A DNA stretch of 62,540 nucleotides, counting the filler, from Bonamia ostreae (Eukaryota): NCBI GenBank assembly GCA_040357525.1. It is 13 parts of 13 records of this genome, joined end to end, with 100 filler letters (N's around TTAATTAATTAA, not from the genome) between each part and the next. Parts side by side here need not be neighbours in the genome. Positions count along the whole stretch, not along the records: positions 9,727 to 14,479 come from JBDODL010000271.1; positions 14,580 to 19,327 come from JBDODL010000272.1; positions 19,428 to 24,159 come from JBDODL010000273.1; positions 24,260 to 28,984 come from JBDODL010000274.1; 9 more parts are not named here. The stretch is one strand, 5' to 3'. Shown here one piece after another: positions 13,001-24,874 of the stretch; position 1 is the stretch's first letter, and every line of letters starts with the position of its first letter. The position numbers were made by a program, and so were the translations under genes. The notes beneath the pieces are model-generated. The model was given only the letters and a program-made list of their open reading frames with translations, was not told the origin of the DNA and did not search any database.

Positions 13001-14438
13001 GCACTCTTTCGAGAGCTGTTTCGATAGTTTTGATTTGGATGAGCAGATTTTCGTTTTCTTGCTTCAACTTTGCCGCTTCGATTATAGACTGTTGCAGTGA
13101 TCTCAACGCTTTTGCTAACTTTTCTTCAGATTTGTTGCAGTTTTCTTCTAATTGGAATATTTGCGCGTTTTTTTCTTTTTTCAACTTGTCGCTGAAATTG
13201 ATTTTATCGAATTAAAATTTAATTTTTAACAATTTGATTTTGGGCTAAAATATTTATTTGGGCAATCAAAAATTTTAAAAGATTTGCGAATTATCAAAAC
13301 ATGGAATCGGTTTGCTCTTTTAAGATTTTGTCAGAAGTCTTGTACATTTCCTCAAAATTATCTCTTTGTAGTCTCAAATCCGCGTTTTCGTGTTCATACT
13401 CGACGATTTTTTTGACGGAGCACTCAAATTTGATTTTTCTGGCCGTTTTTTCATCAATCTATTTTGAATAAATTTAAACTCCGCTTCCAGCGAGAGATCC
13501 TACGACGTTCAAATCGGCGGCTTCAAAGTTTTTCTTAAAGTTTTCCAATTCGGAGATTTGTTGCTTGGCTTTAGTCAAATCGATTTTAGACTTGGCCAAA
13601 TCAGCTAGGACTCTTTCGGTTTTGGTCTTGTCCTCTTTTCTGGCTTCTTTTTCGAATCGAAGATCAGCCAAGACTTTTTTGGTCAAATCGTTGTTGTTTT
13701 GCAGGGCTTCGCGACCGGTCTTTAAATCCAGTTCGCGCGCCTGTCGCAATTCGTGCCATTCCGTTTTTAGCTCTTCGTTGATTTCCAGAGCTTTTTCGAG
13801 TTTGACTTTTTCGGTTTCTGATAACAGTTTGTTTGTTTCTTCCAATCGTGCTATTTTAGTCTCGTTTCTTTAATTTGTAAATAAAATTCCTTTTTATAAC
13901 AAAAGACGAAAAGAACAAAAAGTTTTATATAATAAAAAACGAACAAAACAACAAAAAACATGTTGGCCATTTCTGTCAAATTTTCGAGCTTTTCTCTCAA
14001 CCGCTGTTCAACATTTTTCAAAGCAGAACAAGAAGCCTTGACCTGTTCGGCCTCCGCAACCGCCGCTCGTTGCTGCTCATTGGCCGATCTCACCAAATTC
14101 TCCAACCCGAACGCCTTTTCTTTCGCAGCAGCCAAATCCTCTCGCGCCTCGTTTTTGGCTTCTCGCTCGCGCTCCAAATCCTTTTTCAATTCCGCAAATT
14201 CCCGTTCGGCCATTTCGCGCAATTTCCGCTCGTGTGCACACTCATTTTGCGAGCGCACCAATTCGAGTCTCGATTCAGCGCCCTTCTCTTCCGCCTCGCG
14301 CGTTTTGTCTTCGGCTTTGGAAACCGCTTCGACTTTTTCTCTTTCAGACTCGCGCAATCGTTCTTTCAGCTCCTCGACCGTTCTGCCATTCTCCTCTTTC
14401 GGTTTCCCCGTAATCGCCGAAATCTGCGATTTCGCTGC
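10017..14438 (-). CDS. TPR: Large coiled-coil nuclear basket protein TPR/Mlp1-like (5'-partial, multi-exon)
   Basis: Long heptad-rich exons with TPR/Mlp-like motifs LRLQRD, KDYENEVERH and WEKRCMRILEKSNA|IDPEDHKRL, followed by an acidic disordered tail. Confidence 0.65.
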
Positions 14439-14628
14439 TTAGAATAAAAAAAAATCAAATTGCGAATTTTGAAAATTATNNNNNNNNNNNNNNNNNNNNN
14501 NNNNNNNNNNNNNNNNNNNNNNNTTAATTAATTAANNNNNNNNNNNNNNNNNNNNNNNNNNNNNNNNNNNNNNNNNNNNTTTTTTTTTATTTTGTTTTTT
14601 TTTTATATGTTAATATTTTAATTTTAGA

Positions 14629-16788
14629 TTTTTGAAAACGAAGAAGGCGGCAAACAAAACACTTTGTTTGAATGGCTAAATCGCTGTTCAACGCCATTCG
14701 GTCATCGATTATTGAAAGAATGGGTAGCCAGACCATTATGCAATATACAGAATATCAACAAACGTCTTGACGCCATTGAGAATCTTATGGAGTTGCCAGA
14801 ATTAGCTGAACAAATTTCAAAGAAATTAAATCTTTTAACGGACATTGAAAAAATGATTATCCGAATTAGAGCTTATTCGCTGCAAAAAAGAAAAATTGTT
14901 TTTTATGAAAACATCGATTTGAAATATCTACGAATATTCGTGCAAATTATAAATTCACTCAAAATTTGTTGTGAAATAATCTATTTGTTCAAAAGAATTA
15001 AAAACAAAATATTTTCAAAAAAGTTGATTGAACTAGTTTTTGACTTGTTTCCAAAAGAATGTGAAGGTCTTCGACTATATAACAATTTATATTCGACAAT
15101 ATAACAATTATTCGCAAATTAAAAATTTAGTAAAAAAATCGACAAAATTTAACAATTATCAAAATCAAAAAAAATAGAAAAATTGAGAATAAGCGAGAAA
15201 ATAGATATAGAAGAAAGTGAAGAAAAACAAAAAATAGTTCCAAAAGGCCAAATTAGCGAAAAATTTGAAAACATTAAAGAGGAAATGAATTTGATAAAAT
15301 CTAAACTTGAACAACATTTAAATAAATACAAAAAAATTTTTAACGATCCGTCAATCTGGTTTGCCATTTTTGCTCATTTTCGCTCAATTTTTTTGTTCAA
15401 ATTTTTAAAAAATACAAAAATTTTTAACGATTTTTTAATTTAAAGCTTTTTTGAAGGATTTATATCAAATTACCAAATCGAAATGAAATCAGAAACAGCT
15501 AATCAAAAACTATCAGAAGACTTAATAGAAGTTTCAAGAACATCAAAAAAACGACGATTTACAACAAACGAAATAAAAAGTTTGGTCGAAGAGTTAGAAA
15601 TCCTGCAAGAGAAAAAGAACGAATATTTGGAAAGTTATCTAAAAACCGTTTTGGCAGAATTCTGTGATCATTCTAAAATGTGGTCAGCCGCTATAAAAAG
15701 CATTGCCGAGTTGGATTGCATTCTAGCGCTTTATAACGTTTCAGCTTTTTCGACTGGATCGATGGTTCGCCCCTTCATTGTTAAAAACCAAGAGAAACCT
15801 TTTCTGGAGTTGAAACAATCTTGGCATCCTCAGATCAGCTTTTCGGAGTTTTTTATTATATGATATTTTCTTAATCGATATTTTTGTTTTTATTGCAAAA
15901 AATGGGACAACAATCCCATAAATTTTTTTTATCTAACTAGTAGTTATTTTTTGTGACTTAAATTTTTTGAACGATATTTAATAAAGACAGACAACGAGCA
16001 CAACGGGATTTGTGCCAAATGACATCTTTATCGGAGATGGTGCAGACACGAAAGCGATGATAATCGTTACAGGTCCAAACATGGGCGGGAAATCTACTTT
16101 GTTGAGACAAACTTGTATTGCTGTTATTTTAGCCCAATTGGGTTGCTTTGTACCCGCCAAATCAGCTAAACTGTCTTTGACGGTCTATTTAAAATTTTTG
16201 TCTTTTTTGGCCAATCGATTTAATGCGAAATTGAAAATTTTAACAAATTTTAAAGGATCGGATATTTACAAGAATTGGCGCAAACGACGCGATTTTGGCG
16301 AACAAAAGCACTTTTTTCGTGGAATTGGAAGAAACGTCAAATATTCTAAATAACGCAACTGAAAATTCTCTTGTTATCCTTGACGAGCTCGGAAGAGGCA
16401 CTTCCACTTTTGACGGTGCTGCGATCGCATTTGCAGTCTGCGAACATTTGTCTAAAATTGTAAATTTTCAAATTCTAAAAATGAAAAATTTTTAAATAAT
16501 TTACAAAATCAAATTAGACAAAATGTCGAACGTTGTTTTCGACGCATTACCATTTGTTATCAAAATACTATCGAAAGTCGAATTTTGTTTCGCAATGGAA
16601 TATGGCTTTTGAAGCGATTGGAAGCAAATTGATATTCCTTTACAAATTTCAAAAAGTTTAAATTTAACTAAAAGGGAATCTGTGAAAATTCGCATGGCAT
16701 TAATTGTGCGAGAATGGCTGGGATCGATCGCAAAATTATTGACAGAGCGGAAAAATTGAAAAATGATTATAGAAATTTGCTCGATTAA
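14629..16788 (+). CDS. MSH6: DNA mismatch repair protein MSH6 (5'-partial)
   Basis: [66 protein letters not shown] and FSTHYH. Confidence 0.9.
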
Positions 16789-17016
16789 ATTTTTTTGTCA
16801 ATTTGATTAAAAACAAAATTTTGATTTTGGTACAAAAAATATTGGTCACTATTGCTTTAAAACGAAAACAACTTTTTGATAAAAAAATTAAAATTTGGTC
16901 ATAATTGCTTTTAAATATTTGTAAAAATAAACAAACGAAAATTTCAAAAAATGTTAAGTTTAAAGCCACAAACAAAAACAGCAAAATAAATGAATATTCG
17001 AACATTAATCGAAAGA

Positions 17017-17947
17017 ATGGCCAACTTGATTTCAGTCACTTTAAAATCGATTTTGATTATTACCGCTTTTTTCGTTCCTCTCGCTATCGACGATAATGCC
17101 AAATTCTTCATTCTGCGATATTGTAACAGAGACGATTCAGGGTGCACTTATAGTCCAAGTTGTATGAGTTGGGTCGCTGGATTGCTGGTATCTGCAAATG
17201 CCATTGATATCTTAATTTTGGTTTCGAATGTTCTTTTCTTGAAGAAAAAGATGAGTTTGAAGATATTCAAATTTGGATTGTCTTTATTACTTTTTTTGTC
17301 AAGTTTTTTTTATTTTTAAAATTTTTGTTTAATAATAATTTTTTTGCCAATTTTTTTCTTTTCGTTAAAGATTCAATTTTTGCAAATTTTTAAAATTTTT
17401 GTTTAATAATAATTTTTGCCAATTTTTTTCTTTTCGTTAAAGATTCAATTTTTGTAAATTTTTAAAATTTTTGTTTAATAATTAATTTTGCCAATTTTTT
17501 TCTTTTCGTTAAAGATTCAATTTTTGCAAATTTTGCAAATTTCTAAAATTTTTGTTTAATAATTTTTTGTAAATCATTTATTTTGTAAAATATAATTAAA
17601 AGCGACAATATCTTTATCGCTTAGAAAATTTTTTAAAAATCGACTTAATCCTATTGAACATTATTGCCGTTTTACAATTTATTGAATAACAAAGTTGGTT
17701 TGTTAACTGCGGCATTGACGGTTTTTGCATTTTCAGGAGACTGTTACAAACTTGTCGAATCAATTGGTCACAATGCTAAATATGCCACAGTTTTATTATT
17801 TTTCAAATTTTCATTTCTAAACAAAAGGGCTTTTATTTTATAATCTGCGCTGCATTAGTAAATGCAGCTACATTCGTTTTGTTTTTATTTTCGTGGTGCT
17901 GTTTCAGCGAAGAGAAAAAGACGGAAGAAAAGGAAAAATCTCGTTAA
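17017..17947 (+). CDS. Small putative four-TM membrane protein (claudin/amastin-like topology)
   Basis: Four hydrophobic segments across the exons, a Cys-containing first loop and a charged C-terminal tail (WCCFSEEKKTEEKEKSR*). Confidence 0.45.
17310..17570. repeat. Intronic tandem repeat, ~65-bp unit
   Basis: TTTTTTCTTTTCGTTAAAGATTCAATTTTTG occurs three times. Confidence 0.8.
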
Positions 17948-18002
17948 ATGTTTATAATTGCCCATTTTTATAAAATTACAACAACAAAAAAATTTGCTCA
18001 TT

Positions 18003-19273
18003 TTATTTGTGCAAATCGAGTATCTTTTTGTAAAGTTTTTTTTCTTCCCTTAAAGCAAAATAAATATGAGCCATTCCATCTTCGTCGATTTCTTCTGAAT
18101 ACTTCATTTGTTGAAACAAAGCAAAACATTCTCCAGAACTTTTTTAAATGTTTTTAAATTTCTGAACCTCTTTTCGAAGATTCGAAAATTAAATAAATTT
18201 TAAAACTTATTAAATTCAAGAATGCAATTTCGTTTCGAAATAATTTTAGCAATTAGACTAATAATTATAACAGGCGGACCGGCCACCAAAATAAGGTCCA
18301 ACAATCTCAAGGACGATTTCATATTGTAAATTAATAATGTTAAAGTTTTGAGCACTTTTATTAAAAATCATTTTTATTATTTTAAAAATTAATTTTATTA
18401 TTTTAAAAAAATATTTTAAATATTAAAAAATTTTCTTCAGAAAAACTGCTCATACAACAAAAATTAATTTGAAATCCAATAGATTTCATATGTTTATCAA
18501 GAGCTGGATCCAACAATTCTATTGATTCCATAACCAACTTTACAAAAAATTTTGAAAAATTGAAAAAAAAATTGAAAAAAACATTTCCGCCTATTTCCAA
18601 AGCGGTAGTTTTCGGGTTAAAATACGCGGGCAAAATTTTAGTCAAAATTTTAATGATGCAATAAAAAGAATCTATTTCTGGCATAACGTTGACAAAGTAA
18701 ACAGCGAATGAATGGTATTCTTGGCAATAAACAAAGTTTTTGTTGTTTTCGTCTAATTTTCAAATTTATAAAATTTTAACGATTTAAAAATGGTCAAAAA
18801 CCCATATAATTGCAAAGAGCCAAAAAATTTCTCCAAAGACGTCGAACCGGAGTACCTTCTATAAAACTATATCTTTTCGAATCAGATTTGATAATTCGTC
18901 CATATTTTTTGTGTCTGAAAATTAAATTTGAAAATTTGAAAAAATTTGAAATGGCAAAATTAAGAAATTTTCAAAATTAAATAATTTGGAAAATTTTAAT
19001 GGCGAACATTCCTTTGTCCAACATGTCAAAATATAAAGTCGGATCTATTTGGTTGACGCCAAGGAATGCCTTCCAAATTTGTCCTCTGAAAGTCAAGTCG
19101 TTTTTGTCGATTTTGTCTGACGGAATGTCGGAAAAATCCTTTTTAAAGCGAATTCGTTTAGTTTTTTAAAATTAGTCAAAAAATACGTGTTCGATAATAG
19201 CTATTTTTATTTGCAGAAAACTGTCTTTTATTTTTTGTTACTTTTCTTACGGTTAATATTTTTAATTTTTCAT
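18003..19273 (-). CDS. TBC/Rab-GAP domain protein (Bub2/Cdc16-like), multi-exon
   Basis: FRGQIWKAFLGV, YCQ...VMPEIDSFYC, ELLDPALDKHM and LRLLDLILVAG follow TBC-domain motif order. Confidence 0.6.
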
Positions 19274-19427
19274 TTTAATCAAATTTTATTAATTTTTAGT
19301 TATAAATAATAAAAACGTTTTAATAAANNNNNNNNNNNNNNNNNNNNNNNNNNNNNNNNNNNNNNNNNNNNTTAATTAATTAANNNNNNNNNNNNNNNNN
19401 NNNNNNNNNNNNNNNNNNNNNNNNNNN

Positions 19428-19700
19428 TTTTGTTTAAAGTCGCAATTTAAAATTATAAAATTGCAAAATTTTGTTTAAAGTCACAATTTAAAATCCAAAT
19501 ATTGCAAAATTTTGTTTAAAGTCAAAATTTAAAATCAAAAAATTACAAGATTTTGTTTAAAGTCGCAATTTAAAATTCTAAAATTGCAAAATTTCGTTTA
19601 AAGTCGCAATTTAAAATTATAAAATTGCAAAATTTTGTTTAAAGTCGCAATTTAAAATTATAAAATTGCAAAATTTTGTTTAAAGTCGCAATTTAAAATC
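19428..19700. repeat. Tandem repeat, 40-bp unit, about 7 copies (probably intronic)
   Basis: TTTTGTTTAAAGTCGCAATTTAAAAT recurs every 40 bp. Confidence 0.9.
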
Positions 19701-19723
19701 ATAAAAACGAAGAACAAGTAAAA

Positions 19724-20119
19724 TCCGACAGTGAGCACAATTGGATAAAAAGAGGAGAAAGCCGTGAAAAGAACGGGAGAAGTTATATATATCGCGACAA
19801 TCTCTAAAGCCCCCGCAAAAATGTACTTCGAAAAGGCGATCAAGTACCATCTGAAATTGCAGAAAACTGATTTGACTTGGAAACCCTGATTCATTTTGGC
19901 TTCTCGTTTTTGATGCAGATTTATCTTCAAAAAAAATTAATTTGAAAAGGAATATTTTCAAATTTAGACATTTTCAAAAATAGCGGAAAAAACGAAAAGA
20001 AGGTCCATTATTGCAATAAACGACATTGTAAAAGCGCTGAGGAAGATTCCCAAAGTTGTCCGATCAGCAAATTTAGAAACCATGTTGGCAGATTCATTTT
20101 TTTTAAACCAATCAATCAT
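19724..20119 (-). CDS. Multi-TM transporter fragment (DMT/NIPA-like; 3'-partial)
   Basis: TLGIFLSAFTMSFIAIMD...INLHQK...WYLIAF...ITSPVLFTAFSSF resembles NIPA TM1-TM3 spacing. Confidence 0.35.
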
Positions 20120-20293
20120 TTTAGTTTTAGTGTTTTTTTATATAATTTAACTATAACAGCTTTAAATATAATTTATTTAAATAAATATCGCATAATAAAA
20201 AGATTAAGAGCTTTTAAAGATTTGTAATTGGGTTATTTTTTTTAAAAAAATTGTCAAAATGGAGATGTTGAGACAAAATATAATTTAGATCTT

Positions 20294-22032
20294 TTAATTG
20301 TTCGATTTATTGAACAGATAAACCATTAATCCGATAAAACTGAAAAAAATGGTCCAAGAAATAATCGGGAAAAGTAAAAAAATGGGCGAAACTTTTGTAA
20401 TTATTAAAAAACTTTTTCTCAAATTTTTTGTTCCATTTTTATTCGAATTGTTGCTTTCGTCAATATTAATATCGACGTTGTTATCGACATTGTCCTTGGC
20501 ATCATTGCCATTGTTACCGATATTATTATTATTGGTTTCATCATAATTGCCATCAATATTGTCGTTGTCGTAATTGGGTTCGTCGGTATTATCGTTGGGG
20601 ACATTCTTATCATTGGAATTATTGCCTTATCATATCATCAATTAAACTTTCTTGGGAATTGACATAATCTTCACTAACACATTTTAAAATCTGTTTTTTT
20701 ATTTCTAGATCGCTTTTGGAATTTGATTTGCTAAGAAAAAGTTTTTCTCCTTCGCAAAAAACAGTCAAGTATTCCAAAACGTCTACTTCATTGAATTGGA
20801 CATAGTACTTTTTGCCATTTGAATCATTGCAACTCATTCTAAAAGTCTTTTCGTTTTCTTCAATTGTCTCAAATTTGTAATCTGGGTATTCTGGAAGGCA
20901 TTCATGTTTTTGACAATAGCTTACTGCCTTATTTTACAAAAGCAAATTTAAAATTCGATAAATTTCATAACAAATAACAACTTGTTTCTGCAAAATCTTA
21001 ATTTGCGGTAAAATAAGAAAATAGTATAAAAACATCATTTTGGTATACAATTGAACCCTCATTGCATAGAATTTCTATAAATATCTCCTTATTTTTTGGA
21101 CAAACCAATTTAAATTTTCCCTCAAAATAACCTTTTTCTGGTAACTTAAAATAATCAAATCTTGTTATACTAGCAAAACTACAAATATGCGACTTGTTCT
21201 CATGTGATCCATTACAAGAAATTTTACTGATATCCGTGGATTCGTCGTCAGGAAAAACAAAAGTTAAGTGATTTTCATCGCATTTTAAGTCTATCTTAAA
21301 AAATATCATATTGTCTTTAATAAAGTAACCATTGTTACAACTTATTTCGAAAATTCCTGGCAGAATAATCTTTTTATTTTTCAAGTATTCAAAATTAAAG
21401 TTTTCATAATAAATATTTTCCAAATCCAGTTTTGCGTACAAACTTTGTAATGATTCGGAAATAAAGCAAGCGTTGCAATAATAATTTGGATTAATAGAGT
21501 TGTTAGCATTATCACCAATGTAGTAGAAAATATAATTGTAACAGGCAATGTTAACTTTCCGATCGATATTTTTGCATAAACCTGCGACTGAAGACAGAAA
21601 ACCAATATTATCAATAATGCCAATTTGAGTTTTTGACACAATAATATTTTCATCTATTTTATCTGAATTACAACTAGTTCTGACGTCAGAAGTTTTATTT
21701 TCACATGAAAGACTATTTGCTTCAAATGTTTGGAAAATATTTTCCCCTGTCTCTTCATCGCAAAGTATCGTAACAGCTACAAAAAAATTTTCGTCTCGTG
21801 ATTTTATTAATTTGTCATCGTTTTTGCAAAAAATGACGTATTTTTGGTTTGGTACAAAGCATGTTTTGATTTCAAAGTGATCTAATTTCCATTCATTAAA
21901 GTCTTGTTCTTCAAAATTCGAGTTTAATGGTTTAAAAGCAAATCCTTTGTCAATTAAATTTGAATTGTCACAAATGTCAAATTGATTACTATTGACATAA
22001 CTGATTATTGCGGCAAAATAAAGGGTTATCAT
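20294..22032 (-). CDS. Cys-rich type I membrane or surface protein
   Basis: Signal-peptide-like start (MITLYFAAIISYVNS), many spaced cysteines, an Asn/Asp-rich stalk and a C-terminal TM segment (PIFLLFPIISWTIFFSFIGLMVYLF). Confidence 0.6.
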
Positions 22033-22636
22033 TTATCGGTACTTTTCGGGAATTTAAATAGTTTTTTGTATAACAAAATGAAAAATCAGTGTTTTATCTT
22101 TTTATCGAATAAATCCTTACAATTACCGAAAAAAAGTATGTTTTCTCGTCTGTTTCGGTTTGCGACTGATATTGAACCTCAAATCTAAATTTTGGTCGAT
22201 GNNNNNNNNNNNNNNNNNNNNNNNNNNNNNNNNNNNNNNNNNNNNNNNNNNNNNNNNNNNNNNNNNNNNNNNNNNNNNNNNNNNNNNNNNNNNNNNNNNN
22301 NCGTCTGTTTCGGTTTGCGACTGATATTGAACCTCAAATCTAAATTTTGGTCGATGCGTTCATTCTCAATGCTCTCTGAAAGTTTTCGTCTTCGTACATC
22401 AAACATAACGCAGATTCCTCTTTTCCGACAAACTTTCGTTTTACACTAATTACAGTTACTTTAGACAGATCACATTGCGGTTTTGACGATATTGTTAACG
22501 TCGATATTTTGTCAAACGAAGAAAATTTTTGGAAATTGGAGTTGCATCGTAATTAAATGCTCTTGAATAATTGTCCAAATGTTGTAGCTGCCGCTTTATG
22601 CCGATTGTGTCTATTATCAGAATTTGGAACAGAAAA

Positions 22637-22819
22637 GTCGTTTAAGACGACAACAAATATTTCCAGGAATATTTAATTTGGAATTTGGGGCTTGCAACTC
22701 TTATCTGACCGTCGATCGCCCAGCGCAGACATTCAAGGCCTAAGTTTTAGGGGCAACCCCGGCCAAATTGGGAGTTCGGATAATCCGACGTCCCGTCTTG
22801 ACATCAGTTTGGAAACGAC
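22637..22819 (-). ncRNA. Candidate ~183-nt structured Pol III-type ncRNA of unknown class (telomerase-RNA-like hypothesis)
   Basis: GC-enriched intergenic island. TATA at 22841-22850, terminal helix GUCGUUU/AAACGAC followed by UUUU, nested helices and a possible pseudoknot. See findings. Confidence 0.6.
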
Positions 22820-22900
22820 AACACAAGTGACAATACAATATTTATATAAAAGGCGTAAAGATTTGTACAATGGCATCGATTTGAATAATCGAAGCAATCA

Positions 22901-24103
22901 CTAATTTTTGGATTTTATTAAAATAATGGAGTTGCATTTGAGGCCACAGTAAAAACACTCTTTGATGTTTGTTTTTTGGTAACATTGGGCACAGAACAAA
23001 TGGCCGCACGGGTCCTTTGTGTAACAGATTATAGTTAAAGTTTCAAAAGCGCACAATCAAATTGCGGCGATTTCGAAAAATGTTATTGAGAATATTGTAA
23101 TAATGGTACCAACACCGCGTTTCTGTTTCTGTTGTGACAAAGAGGGCATTTTAGACGGAAACGGAGATCGTCCATTTCTTCTAGTCGTTTTTTGGCCAGT
23201 TTTTCCAAGTAGCGAACTTCTTCTTTGCAAGACAGTCTCATTTCCTTCGTCTCTTTTTCTATCCTTTTGGTGACCTTGTTTAGTTTTATTGTTACCGCAT
23301 CGACAATGTCGTAATAATTCTTTTTGTAGCTTTCTGTCAATTCTTTGCATTTCGAGGTGACGCTTTCGAGTTCCTTTCTCATTTTGGCGATTTCTACGCT
23401 TTCTCCTTCTCCTTCTTCGGGAATATTGGATAAATCAAAGTCGACGTTGAGAAAATCAATCGAATCCAAATTGAGTTTTTTGCCCGATCGATTGTCTCCT
23501 TCTCCAATTTCTTCTTTCGCTTGTTTGAAGAAGCTTTTCTCAACCGAGTTGAATTTTTGGTGATCATTTCTGCCGGGCCTCAAATCTTCGTTGCCGTGGG
23601 CTCTTTCACACAATTTTCCTTTTTTGCAGCCTTTCAGAGACAGATCGCCCCCGAAAGGTCTGCTTGACATAAATGTTTTGCACATGATCATTTTGTAGAC
23701 TCGCGGATGGTAAATCGTCTCGTTGTCTGTATGTGAAAAAGGGCATTTGTCTTTGGCGGGGCATTTGCTAAATATGTGTAACAGAACATGTTGTTTTCAT
23801 CTGTCCACCCGAAAACGCATTTCTCGACTTTATAGTTAATTTTGAGTGGATCTCGTCTGCGCTCTTTTTGGCAATGGTAACCTCCACATGTGTTCTTTCT
23901 TGGGCATTTATCTATCTCGAAGTCGCATTGGTTTGTTTTGTACCATTTTAGAAAACCGATTGTGTCTTTTGGGGGAGAAGAAAAATCAAATTTATTTTTT
24001 GTCTCTGCAATTTTTACAGAAAAAGTTTTGGTTTCGCCTTGATTTTCTGTTTTGCTTTAAAGTTATTGTTTACATTTTATTGGCAAAAATAGTTTGAAGC
24101 CAT
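22901..24103 (-). CDS. Tandem CCCH zinc-finger plus C-terminal RING protein (Unkempt-like); 5' end unresolved
   Basis: WYKTNQC...YH...RRRDP...CPFSH...YHPRVYKMIMC, then a coiled coil, then CPLC...|DPCGHLFCAQC...CFYC. Confidence 0.75.
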
Positions 24104-24385
24104 TATCGGAGTTCAATTTTTGGGATTATGTATATTTAAAAATGTTAGCAGATTTATATNNNNNNNNNNNNNNNNNNNNNNNNNNNNNNNNNNNNNNNNN
24201 NNNTTAATTAATTAANNNNNNNNNNNNNNNNNNNNNNNNNNNNNNNNNNNNNNNNNNNNATTTTGCGGATAAAGAAGAACTGGTCGTTTATTCAAGAACG
24301 GAGAAGATCATTTATGTCGACAAATTTGATAAACGCAAAGACATTACAGCAAAAATTAATTAAAAATGGTCAATTTTCAAAATTG

Positions 24386-24639
24386 TCAGTTTATCATATC
24401 AACAACTTCTATGGCGAGAATGCTGTTGCCCCTAACAGCGATTGTGCCTAGTTGGCGTCTATCGTTATTAGTGACAAAGTGAACGGCGTCACTTAACACA
24501 ACGTTCATAAATTGGTCGAAACCCCGCATATTCCCTCTGATTTGGATTTTTCCTCTGAGCTTCAAATCGAGGATTTTGTCCATGTAACTTTGATTAAATC
24601 ATTAAACTGCTTTAGTTCAGGTCCAGCTGATTTTCCCAT
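24386..24639 (-). CDS. SNRPG: Small nuclear ribonucleoprotein SmG; one 20-nt intron at 24588-24607
   Basis: MGKSAGPELKH|YMDKIL...RGFDQFMNVV...VRGNSI. Confidence 0.95.
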
Positions 24640-24874
24640 TGCAGTAAAAAGAGCGCAGTGTTTATAATTTTATATTTATCAATCAAAAAATAATTAATTT
24701 TTAGAATTGCTAAATATCTTTTTTAGTCATATCCAAACAAAACTACAAATTTCGCAACTTTATTTCAGTCATTTTAGTTTAAAGAATGTTTGCGCATGCA
24801 AAAATAATCTCTTTTCATTTCTGTCTTTAACACAATTCCATAAAACTTGAACCCCGACAAATTTAAAGCTCGGA

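Noticed and set aside
22805-22815. CCAAACUG near the 5' end of the ncRNA candidate as a compensated U1 arm for GTTT donors
   Set aside because: Tempting, but there are no properly placed U1-70K or U1A loops, the Sm-like AAUUUGG is predicted to be paired, and the layout is Pol III-like.
22833-22868. Minus-strand hairpin with loop CGCCUUUUAUA resembling U5 snRNA loop I
   Set aside because: The stem is very AT-rich, with no U5 internal-loop CCG and no properly placed Sm site. The loop overlaps a TATA box better explained as the promoter of the adjacent ncRNA.
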